A stretch of DNA of 64,000 nucleotides from Clostridia bacterium (GCA_017626395.1 JAGAIU010000069.1:34015-98014); one strand, 5' to 3'; numbered from the stretch's first letter, positions 19,523-27,521 are shown. Program-made: numbers and translations. Notes: generated by a model from the letters alone, not told the origin.

Positions 19523-20116
19523 ATGAACAATTTAGTAAAAAAAATTACAATGTCAATAAGCGCAGTTATATTTGGAATATTTACAACATCTAGTATTTTT
19601 GCAATGTCGCCAACATATCCCAATGATGCAAAATTTAGTAGAGGTGTGAGTAATGCCTATTATTATGTGGATTCATCTGCTAGTAGTTATACTTCTAAAA
19701 TAAATGAAGCGGTAAACAATTGGGTAGATACTGGATATGGTTGGAATCCTATATATTTATATCCAGTTTCTTCAAACTATGCTACACATATAGATTATTA
19801 TGTTATTGACTACAGAAATGATGCAGTATTATCTAATATTAATAATAATGCATATACTACATTTTGGGATATTAATGAGTTGGAATTAGCTTATAATGTA
19901 TCAGGAGAGCCGACCAGCGATTATTACTATACCGAAGTAAAAATTACCGATTATCGAGAAATAGATACTAGTACAATTATACACGAAATGGGACATTGCT
20001 TCGGATTGAAACATTCTTCAAATCTTTATAGTATAATGTATCCTACTAGTTCTTTAAGAATGGTTAATAGAGTGGCAAAAGATGATCATGATACAATTAA
20101 TTATTTGTATAACTAA
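19523..20116 (+). CDS. small secreted matrixin-like (metzincin) zinc metalloprotease
   Basis: Signal peptide, HEMGHCFGLKH (HExxHxxGxxH) and Met-turn SIMYP. Confidence 0.75.
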   Translation: MNNLVKKITMSISAVIFGIFTTSSIFAMSPTYPNDAKFSRGVSNAYYYVDSSASSYTSKINEAVNNWVDTGYGWNPIYLYPVSSNYATHIDYYVIDYRNDAVLSNINNNAYTTFWDINELELAYNVSGEPTSDYYYTEVKITDYREIDTSTIIHEMGHCFGLKHSSNLYSIMYPTSSLRMVNRVAKDDHDTINYLYN

Positions 20117-20128
20117 GGAGGAATAGTT

Positions 20129-20902
20129 ATGAAAAAATATATTTTAGGCATAGGAATTGTTATTATTATTATTATTATATTTGCATTAATTATATCAATA
20201 AATAGAGAAAAATTTAATACTAATTCAGATAAAGTAGAAGTTATGTCCCAGACGAAGAATAAGGTATATTATATATATACATATATTGATGAAGAAATAA
20301 AAAATAATAGTAGTATACAAATGATAAGCACAGAATTAGAAAATGAATATACACCAAAATTTATGTTGAACAATGCAGAAGCTATTGCTTTGGTAACAAT
20401 CATTGACTTAGATGGTGCGAGTATGGAATATGGTCCTTTTGGAATGACTTATGGAAAAGCGTTAGTAAATAATGTTATAAAAGGAAATATTAATTCAGGA
20501 GATGTAATAGAATATATAAAACCAGGTGGAACTATTTCGGTTTCACAATATGACAAATATGATGCTCCTGCTTCAGTTCAAAAAAGAGACTATCTAGCTA
20601 AAAAGGCCGGAATTGTAATCGATAAAGAGCATACTTATATAAATTTTAAATTTGAAAATGATATTGAGCTTGAGGCTGGAAAAACTTATTTAGTGTATTT
20701 GAATTATGTTAGAAATTATGATAAATATGAGATTATTGGATTAGGCAATGGAATAAGAGAAATAAATGTACCTAGAGCAACTAAAACGGTTACAACAACT
20801 AGTTTTAATATAGATGAATTACAAGTGAAAAATAACAAAACTGGAGAATGGGAATCATTAAATACATATGTTCAAAAAAATATTACAAAGTTAGATGAAT
20901 GA
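20129..20902 (+). CDS. membrane-anchored hypothetical protein
   Basis: 257 aa, N-terminal TM GIGIVIIIIIIFALIISI, RBS AGGAGG. Confidence 0.55.
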   Translation: MKKYILGIGIVIIIIIIFALIISINREKFNTNSDKVEVMSQTKNKVYYIYTYIDEEIKNNSSIQMISTELENEYTPKFMLNNAEAIALVTIIDLDGASMEYGPFGMTYGKALVNNVIKGNINSGDVIEYIKPGGTISVSQYDKYDAPASVQKRDYLAKKAGIVIDKEHTYINFKFENDIELEAGKTYLVYLNYVRNYDKYEIIGLGNGIREINVPRATKTVTTTSFNIDELQVKNNKTGEWESLNTYVQKNITKLDE

Positions 20903-20971
20903 CTGTAGAGAAAGATAAATTAAAATTATTTAATGGAATATTTGGATTAAAAAAATATGTTTTAAAATTAT

Positions 20972-21056
20972 AAGATGTATTCTAGTATATGCAACATCTA
21001 TAGTTATTAAAAAAGGTTTATCAATTCTTGGAATTGATTGTCCAGAAAAAATGTAA
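20972..21056 (+). pseudogene. orphan 3' fragment of argS (direct repeat copy 2)
   Basis: Encodes RCILVYATSIVIKKGLSILGIDCPEKM*, against RCVLVYATSIVIKKGLSLLGIDCPEKM* at the real argS end. Two synonymous and two conservative changes. Confidence 0.8.
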
Positions 21057-21064
21057 TTAATTGT

Positions 21065-21105
21065 ATAGCACTAAATGTTGATATTTTTTCAATATTTGGT
21101 GCTAT
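21065..21105 (+). terminator. hairpin after the orphan argS end
   Basis: 17-bp stem ATAGCACTAAATGTTGA / TCAATATTTGGTGCTAT with two G-U pairs. Confidence 0.5.
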
Positions 21106-21119
21106 TTATATTTTATATT

Positions 21120-21157
21120 AGAAGAAATAAAGTATTCGACTTTATTTCTTCTTTTTT
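21120..21157 (+). terminator. intrinsic terminator
   Basis: AGAAGAAATAAAG / CTTTATTTCTTCT stem plus TTTTT. Confidence 0.7.
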
Positions 21158-21332
21158 GACACGTTTTAGACCCTATTTTTATTTTGGATATAAACAAACG
21201 TTTGTTATAATATACATCGTAAAAGAAAGGAGGCAAAAACAAAATGGGATAGCAAATAAGAAGATGTTACATGTAGTAACAAATAAAATCAAAGTAAAAA
21301 ATGTTAAATGAAAGGGAGGAAACGAATGAAGT

Positions 21333-22462
21333 TAGAAGAGTACAAATCAGGCAAAGCTATAAAGATGAATGATTATAAAGCATTTATACCAAGCAAAATA
21401 AATTATAATTGGGGCTGGGATGATACTAAACTAGATAAGTTGTTATCAGAAGCTAATAGACAAATTGGTGAATTAAATGCTTATTCATTATTAATACCAA
21501 ATGTAGATTTATACATTAAAATGCACGTAAAAATTGAAGCTAATAAATCTAGTAAAATTGAAGGAACAAAAACAACAATAGAAGAAGATTTATTAGATGT
21601 AGAAGATATTGCTCCAGAAAAGAAAGATGATTGGGAAGAAGTACAAAATTATGTGAAAGCAACAAATTATGGAATAGAAAGAATAAAAGAAGGCTTTCCA
21701 GTATGCACAAGATTAATTAGAGAAATTCATGGAGTATTAATGAATGGAGTTAGAGGAGAACATAAAACTCCTGGAGAGTTTAGAACGTCACAAAATTGGA
21801 TTGGTGGCAGTATGCCAAGTACAGCTGTGTATGTCCCACCACCACATACTGAAATAGCGGAATGCTTATCTGATTTTGAGAAGTTTATGAATAATGAGGA
21901 GATAGATACTCCAGATTTAATTAAAATTGCAATTTTACATTATCAATTTGAATCTGTACATCCTTTTTTAGATGGAAATGGTAGAATAGGAAGACTATTA
22001 ATACCATTGTATATACAAAGTAAAGGTATGCTTGAAAAACCTTGTCTATATATTTCAGATTATATTGAAAGAAATAAAGAAGTATATTACGATAAACTTA
22101 CGAAAGTAAGAACTCATAATGATCTTATTGGCTGGATTAAATTTTTCTTGGAAGTAATAATTGAAACATCAAAAGCTGCAAAGGAAAAATTTAGAAGAGT
22201 TGTTGAACTAACTATAGAAATGGATAAGATTATAATGGATTTACCTGTAAAACCAGAAAATGCAAAGAAAGTAATAGATTTACTATATAATGAACCGATT
22301 GTATCAAGAAAGAAAATAATTGAAAACACAGGAATAAAGTTTACAACTTTAGTAGGAGTAATAAGAGCTTTTCAAGAAAAGGGAATTTTGATAGAAACAA
22401 CAGGATATAGTAGGAACCAAGTTTTTTCATTTCAAATATATATAGATTTATTTTTAAAATAG
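21333..22462 (+). CDS. Fic family protein (AMPylase-type) with N-terminal inhibitory motif and C-terminal wHTH-like region
   Basis: Active-site HPFLDGNGRIGR. Upstream SSKIEG fits (S/T)xxxE(G/N). ATG 21333 has RBS AGGGAGGA. Confidence 0.85.
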
Positions 22463-22466
22463 AGTT

Positions 22467-22855
22467 TATATTACGAAAAAATCCAAAAATTCGTAATATA
22501 AAAATCCATATTACGAAAAAAGCCGAAAATTCGTAATATAAAAATTTATATTACGAAAAAAGCCGAAAATTCGTGATATAAAAATCTATATCACGAAAAA
22601 AGCCGAAAATTCGTGATATAAAAATCTATATCACGAAAAATCAAGAAAATCTGTGATATAAAAAATTATATCACGAAAAAAGTGATATAAAAAAATATAA
22701 GGCGAAAAATACTAAAATTTCGTCCTACAGAAAAGTATAGGCCGAAAAATATTAAAAATCCGTCCTACAGAAAAGTATAGGTCAAAAAAAGTTAAAAATT
22801 TGCCCTATAAAAAATTATCGGTCAAAAAAGAGCAAAATTTTAACTTATAAAACTA
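22467..22855. repeat. tandem array of ten dyad-symmetric units (nine of 40 bp, one of 29 bp)
   Basis: Units start at 22467, 22507, 22547, 22587, 22627, 22667, 22696, 22736, 22776 and 22816. The prototype is TATATTACGAA-aaaagccgaaaa-TTCGTAATATA-aaaat. Units degenerate progressively rightwards. Confidence 0.9.
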
Positions 22856-22872
22856 TATATTATAATAACCGC

Positions 22873-22907
22873 AAAAAAGAAGGAATTTATTTTCCTTCTT
22901 TTTTTAT
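22873..22907. terminator. bidirectional terminator between the repeat array and the TetR gene
   Basis: AAAGAAGGAA / TTCCTTCTTT stem flanked by an A-run and a T-run. Confidence 0.75.
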
Positions 22908-22910
22908 TTG

Positions 22911-23444
22911 TTAATAATCTTTTCCTTTATATTCCATATCTAAGATTTCTACCATTTCTTCTGGGCTTTCTTTACAATCATTACTTAACCATTTCTTTAT
23001 TATAGCATTAAGACCAGCTTTAAAAAATTCTATATGATAATCTATATGTTTGTTGTTATAATATTTTTCTGCTAGTTCTGTGTGAAATTGATTAGTAGGT
23101 GGATTAGCATCAAATTTTAATTTAAAATATGTTCTATAAAATATTTGATTTTCTTTTATATGTTTAAACATTTTTAAATAGCTAGTTGGATTTTGTCCAG
23201 CTTCTGCATCATTTATATACATATCTGCAAATTCTTTTTGCATTCTAAGATTTACTTTATCTACTAAATCATATATATCTATATAGTTAGCATAGAAAGT
23301 AGAACGGTTTAAATTAGTACGTTTACAGATGTCTGAAACAGTTATTTGTTCGACTTCTTTAGTTTGTATAAGTTGTATAAATGCTTTTTCTATTTTCTCT
23401 TGTGATTCTCTTTTTCTTTTATTATTTGGTGTATTCATAAACAT
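22911..23444 (-). CDS. TetR/AcrR family transcriptional regulator
   Basis: 177 aa. N-terminal HTH is ITVSDICKRTNLNRSTFYANY. Confidence 0.85.
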   Translation of the reverse strand: MFMNTPNNKRKRESQEKIEKAFIQLIQTKEVEQITVSDICKRTNLNRSTFYANYIDIYDLVDKVNLRMQKEFADMYINDAEAGQNPTSYLKMFKHIKENQIFYRTYFKLKFDANPPTNQFHTELAEKYYNNKHIDYHIEFFKAGLNAIIKKWLSNDCKESPEEMVEILDMEYKGKDY

Positions 23445-23485
23445 TCTCCTTTAATCCAACAAAAGTCATAAAATTGATGATTGTT

Positions 23486-23514
23486 TTCAAATTCTAAATA
23501 CATTATACTATAAT
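23486..23514 (+). promoter_or_regulatory. promoter of the 23560-26424 operon
   Basis: TTCAAA (23486-23491), 17 nt, TATAAT (23509-23514). Confidence 0.5.
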
Positions 23515-23530
23515 TAGATAAAAACAACAA
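23502..23530 (-). promoter_or_regulatory. divergent promoter of the TetR gene
   Basis: On the minus strand: TTGTTG (23525-23530), 17 nt, TATAAT (23502-23507). The -35 lies inside the palindromic operator. Confidence 0.45.
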
Positions 23531-23540
23531 GTGTTGTTTT
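23521..23540. promoter_or_regulatory. perfect 20-bp palindrome, candidate TetR operator
   Basis: AAAACAACA-AG-TGTTGTTTT, located just downstream of the operon -10 and over the tetR -35. Confidence 0.6.
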
Positions 23541-23559
23541 AATGAAAGGAGTGAATTAT

Positions 23560-23778
23560 ATGGGAAAATTAAAAGATGTAAACAAAAAAATCGAAGAGAC
23601 AGTAGTAGGTGGATACAAAAAGATTGAAGAAACAGTTGTAGATGGATATAAAAAAGTTGAAGATACTGTAGTTTCAGGATACAAAAAGGTAGAAGATAAA
23701 TTTGTTGACAAATTCTTAAAAAAAGATGGCGAAACTGTAGAAGAAGCTAAAGAAAGAATTAAAAAAGAACAAGAATAA
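23560..23778 (+). CDS. miniprotein with tandem 11-residue repeats
   Basis: 72 aa: KKIEETVVGGY / KKIEETVVDGY / KKVEDTVVSGY / KKVEDKFVDKF, then ...ETVEEAKERIKKEQE. RBS AAAGGAG. Paralog at 25778-26017. Confidence 0.65.
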   Translation: MGKLKDVNKKIEETVVGGYKKIEETVVDGYKKVEDTVVSGYKKVEDKFVDKFLKKDGETVEEAKERIKKEQE

Positions 23779-24431
23779 TGAAAAATATAGTTAAAGAGTT
23801 TATAAATTTAGAAAAAAGAGACAAAGTTGTATTTTTTCTAATCTGTTCAACAATAGGTAATTTTTTCATTGCAATAATAAAATTCTTAATATCATTTACA
23901 TTGCCTTCATTGTGGTTCTTTGTAAACGCTGGATTTAGTTTAAGTTTAGCAATATGTAGATATTTAACAATAAAGAGATATAGGATAATTAAAAAGCTTA
24001 AGAATAAAGAGTTAGTTATGAAGCATGAGGTAAAGAATTACTTACAAAATGGAGTTATGCTAATATTTGTAGGGATAATGTATTTCTTTGTGAGTTCATA
24101 TATGTATTATAAAGGAACTAATACTAATATGCATGAGTTTATTACATATTTAGTTGCACTTATGGCTTTTTCTTCAATAGGGAATGCTATATATGGAATG
24201 ATAAAGTATAAAAGAAACGAAGAACCTATTATTAAAGGGATAAAAGTAACTAACTTTGCTAGTGCATTAACTTCAATAGTATTAACACAGGTAGTATTGC
24301 TAGATACTTTTCATACTGGATATGATTCAACAATAAATGGTTATACTGGAATGGGTGCTAGTATAATAATTATAATTTTAGGTCTTTATATGATTATTAG
24401 TGCTAAAAAAGATGAGGAAATTAAGTCATAA
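23778..24431 (+). CDS. integral membrane protein, unknown function
   Basis: 217 aa, five to six TM segments. Start overlaps the upstream stop (TAATG). Confidence 0.6.
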   Translation: MKNIVKEFINLEKRDKVVFFLICSTIGNFFIAIIKFLISFTLPSLWFFVNAGFSLSLAICRYLTIKRYRIIKKLKNKELVMKHEVKNYLQNGVMLIFVGIMYFFVSSYMYYKGTNTNMHEFITYLVALMAFSSIGNAIYGMIKYKRNEEPIIKGIKVTNFASALTSIVLTQVVLLDTFHTGYDSTINGYTGMGASIIIIILGLYMIISAKKDEEIKS

Positions 24432-24491
24432 AATTTTGCGTTTATGTTATTATGATGTTATAATATAACCGATTAATAAAAGTGAGGTAAT

Positions 24492-25763
24492 ATGGCAAAG
24501 AATAAATTTTATTGGAGAAAGTTAGATGATCAAGCTAAAGTATTTGCACTTGCAAGTAGTGAACATTATAGCTCTATTTTTAGATTATCTGTTATATTAA
24601 AAGAAAAAATAGATGAAGAGATATTACAAAAAGCGTTAAATTTAGTATTGGATAAATACAAAGTATTTAAAGTTAAAATGAAAAAAGGGCTTTTTTGGTA
24701 TTATTTAGAAGCAAATACAGATCAGGCTATTGTAACTATTGAAAATGAGTATCCTTTTAATAGGGTTAATACAAAAAAGAATAACAACTATCTATTTAAA
24801 GTTACATACTTTGAAAATAAAATAAATATAGATTTCTTTCATGTGTTAACTGATGCAAATAATGGTGAAGAATTTTTTAAAGATTTAATATATGTGTACC
24901 TAGATTTAAAATATAAAGGGGAAACTAATGTTGAATTGTTAAATGAAATTGTACAAGAAAGCGAAAATGCTTACAGGAAAAATTATAAAAAGCACATGAA
25001 AAAAAGTGATGTGCCCAAAAAAGCATATCAGTTAAAAGGTAAATCTTTATCAGAAGGTGTTATTGGAATAAATCATTTTTATATAAATCTTGAAGAACTA
25101 AAAAGGCATAGTAAAGCTAAAGATAGTACAATATCTATGTATTTAATAGCTATGATAGTTTATTCAATTTACGAAGAAAATTATAAAATAAATAAAGGAA
25201 AGAAACCAATCAATATATGTGTACCTATAAACTTAAAAAAATATTTTGAAACAGATACAAAATCTAATTTCTTTTCATATATGATGGTAAGTTTAGAACT
25301 AAAAGATAACAAAAAGTACACATTTAATATAATATTAGAAATGGTAAAAAAAGAGTTTCAAAAGAAATTAAAACTAAAAAAGATGGTTGAAACTATATCG
25401 GTAGATGCTGGAAAAACAAGTAATCCTTTTATACGAATTGTACCTTTATTTATTAAAAAGTTTGCTGTAAGATTAGGTTCTTTAGATGTAAAGAAAAACT
25501 TTACTATGACTTTCTCAAACATAGGAAGATTTGATATAAAAGAAGAATATAAAAATTATATTGAAGATTTTATGGTAGTGCTTGGTCCAGACTGGGCAGA
25601 AAAAATAAAATGTGGTGTATGTTCTTATGGAAATAATTTAGTAGTTACATTTAGTTCTAAATTAGGTGATACTAAAATAGAAAGTAAATTCAAAAAAGCC
25701 TTAGAAGAAAATAATATAAATTACCAAATAAAAGGGAATGGAGTAAATGTTATTCCTGATTAA
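24492..25763 (+). CDS. HxxxD acyltransferase-like protein (alcohol acetyltransferase / condensation-domain superfamily)
   Basis: 423 aa. N-terminal WRKLDDQAKVF...IFRLSV...GLFWYYLE and catalytic-type FFHVLTDANNG resemble the clostridial AATase-like family. Assignment is from memory of the motifs. Confidence 0.55.
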   Translation: MAKNKFYWRKLDDQAKVFALASSEHYSSIFRLSVILKEKIDEEILQKALNLVLDKYKVFKVKMKKGLFWYYLEANTDQAIVTIENEYPFNRVNTKKNNNYLFKVTYFENKINIDFFHVLTDANNGEEFFKDLIYVYLDLKYKGETNVELLNEIVQESENAYRKNYKKHMKKSDVPKKAYQLKGKSLSEGVIGINHFYINLEELKRHSKAKDSTISMYLIAMIVYSIYEENYKINKGKKPINICVPINLKKYFETDTKSNFFSYMMVSLELKDNKKYTFNIILEMVKKEFQKKLKLKKMVETISVDAGKTSNPFIRIVPLFIKKFAVRLGSLDVKKNFTMTFSNIGRFDIKEEYKNYIEDFMVVLGPDWAEKIKCGVCSYGNNLVVTFSSKLGDTKIESKFKKALEENNINYQIKGNGVNVIPD

Positions 25764-25777
25764 AGGAGATTAATTAG

Positions 25778-26017
25778 ATGAGTAAAATAAGAAATGCAAA
25801 TAAAAAGATAGAAGAAAAAGTTGTTGGCGGATATAAAAAAGTAGAAAATACAGTTGTTTCTAGTTACAAAAAAATTGAAGATGAATTTGTAGATATGTTT
25901 TTAAGAAATGATAATGAAACTATAGAAGAGGCTAAAGAAAGAATAAAAAAAGAACAAGAAGAATTAAAAAAGAAAAATGAAGAACTTGTTAGAAAAAGCC
26001 AAGAAAGATATAAATAG
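25778..26017 (+). CDS. miniprotein with 11-residue repeats (paralog of 23560-23778)
   Basis: 79 aa: KKIEEKVVGGY / KKVENTVVSSY / KKIEDEFVDMF, then the identical EEAKERIKKEQE block. RBS AAAGGAG. Confidence 0.65.
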   Translation: MSKIRNANKKIEEKVVGGYKKVENTVVSSYKKIEDEFVDMFLRNDNETIEEAKERIKKEQEELKKKNEELVRKSQERYK

Positions 26018-26031
26018 TGGAGGATATTTAA

Positions 26032-26424
26032 ATGAAAAAAGAAACATTATTAGAAATAATATTAGGAACAGTTGGCGGACTTATATTCGCAATTGGAATG
26101 TGTATGTGGTTAATTCCAGAATGGAATATGTTTGTACCTGGTGTGATAGTTAGTGCAGTAGGATTTTTGGTGTTACTAGCTATAATACCAATTTATAGAA
26201 GTACACATCCTAAAAAAACAAGCAAACCTATTGATACTGGATTACTTGCAACTTGGATTATTGGAGTTGTAGGTTCTTTAATAATGGGATTTGGAATGAG
26301 TAGAATAATGGTAGGAGAAGCTAGTACAGCAGATATGATAGTAGGCCTTATAACAGGAGTTGTAGGTTTAATTATATGTGTATTAAATTATCCTATATAT
26401 GCTTATTTAAAAGGAAATAAATAG
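26032..26424 (+). CDS. small integral membrane protein
   Basis: 130 aa, four TM segments, RBS GGAGGA. Confidence 0.6.
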   Translation: MKKETLLEIILGTVGGLIFAIGMCMWLIPEWNMFVPGVIVSAVGFLVLLAIIPIYRSTHPKKTSKPIDTGLLATWIIGVVGSLIMGFGMSRIMVGEASTADMIVGLITGVVGLIICVLNYPIYAYLKGNK

Positions 26425-26440
26425 AACAAAAGAGTAAATA

Positions 26441-26480
26441 AAAAATCTTGAAAGAAAATTACACTTTCAAGATTTTTTTG
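26441..26480. terminator. bidirectional terminator
   Basis: AAAAATCTTGAAAG / CTTTCAAGATTTTT stem. Confidence 0.75.
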
Positions 26481-26482
26481 CT

Positions 26483-26776
26483 TTAGTTTAATACTATAAA
26501 TTTAGTAACGATAAAATAGATACAAATAACATTGATAACGAAGAGTACAGGAATACCATATTTAAACTGTGGATGTAAAGTTTTGTGTCTAAATATACGC
26601 ATCCCTAAATATGAACCAACACTTCCACCAAGTAGTGGTATTAGAAGTAATGTGTTTTCTGGGGTTCTCCACATATTATGCTTAGCTTTAAACTTATCAA
26701 ATCCCATAGATAAAAATCCGATTATATTTACTACTAAAAGATATAATAATAAATATTTTAAATATTCAATATTCAT
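26483..26776 (-). CDS. DUF1294-family small membrane protein
   Basis: 97 aa. GFDKFKAKHNMWRTPENTLL...GGSVGSYLGMRIFRHKT matches the DUF1294 signature. Confidence 0.7.
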   Translation of the reverse strand: MNIEYLKYLLLYLLVVNIIGFLSMGFDKFKAKHNMWRTPENTLLLIPLLGGSVGSYLGMRIFRHKTLHPQFKYGIPVLFVINVICIYFIVTKFIVLN

Positions 26777-26825
26777 AATAACACCTCATAAAATTATTAT
26801 ACATAATAGATAAGAAATAATCAAA

Positions 26826-27521
26826 TTATTGTAATTTTAATACTTTATCTTTTCTATTATGCTTGTAATGCCTGACATCAAACATTATAAGGTAAGCTGG
26901 TAAATCTTCTTCAGAAATATTATATTCACGAATTCTATCAACGTGTTCTGCTAAGAAATCAACGTGAGAAGAAAATTCAGTTTTTAATATATCAAGAGTC
27001 ATTCTGTTTTCTCGATAATTTCTTACCTGGTCTTTTATATTTAAAAGTCTTGCAAGTAACTTTGATCTATACACATCTTCATTTATATCAATGATTCCAC
27101 ATAGTTGAAGAACTGCAATATAGTTTGGAAATCTGAAAGTAGATATTTGGTAAAGTTCATTAAAAGTGTAATCATCTTTCTCATATACATCATTTATTAA
27201 ATGATATAAATCGAATAATTCTTTTAAAGCATTGGTAAGTAGGGATCTACTAAGTTCAACCGCACATGATTTAAAATTAATTTTAACATCTTCACCATTT
27301 AAATATGAATGTATATCAGATATAAATTTGAAGATACATAGAACAATTTGCTCATCAAAACCTTTGGGATTTTCATTAAATTCATCTTTTATTTTTGGTA
27401 AATGATAAATATAAAGTTCCTTTATTGGGTTATCACATGACATGATTCTAAGATATCTGCTATCTTTTTTATTATTAGTATTAATTTCTAGTAATGCTTC
27501 AATTTTATCTCTTGTAAGCAT
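26826..27521 (-). CDS. hypothetical protein
   Basis: 231-aa ORF with RBS AGGAGG. No recognisable motif. Confidence 0.55.
   Translation of the reverse strand: MLTRDKIEALLEINTNNKKDSRYLRIMSCDNPIKELYIYHLPKIKDEFNENPKGFDEQIVLCIFKFISDIHSYLNGEDVKINFKSCAVELSRSLLTNALKELFDLYHLINDVYEKDDYTFNELYQISTFRFPNYIAVLQLCGIIDINEDVYRSKLLARLLNIKDQVRNYRENRMTLDILKTEFSSHVDFLAEHVDRIREYNISEEDLPAYLIMFDVRHYKHNRKDKVLKLQ

Larger units (their letters stand above)
15293..20971. other. putative acquired islet between the two argS 3'-end copies
   Basis: Bounded by the 85-nt direct repeat. Content is accessory only (ECF sigma system, secreted and membrane proteins). No recombinase gene seen. Confidence 0.5.

Noticed and set aside
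21075-21311. 78-aa ORF upstream of Fic
   Set aside because: It spans two terminator hairpins and the Fic leader, has no RBS, and translates to low-complexity sequence. It is most likely non-coding.
22467-22855. Possible CRISPR array
   Set aside because: The repeats are contiguous 40-bp units with no unique spacers between them. They degenerate progressively, and no cas genes are nearby. This is a tandem palindromic repeat, not a CRISPR array.
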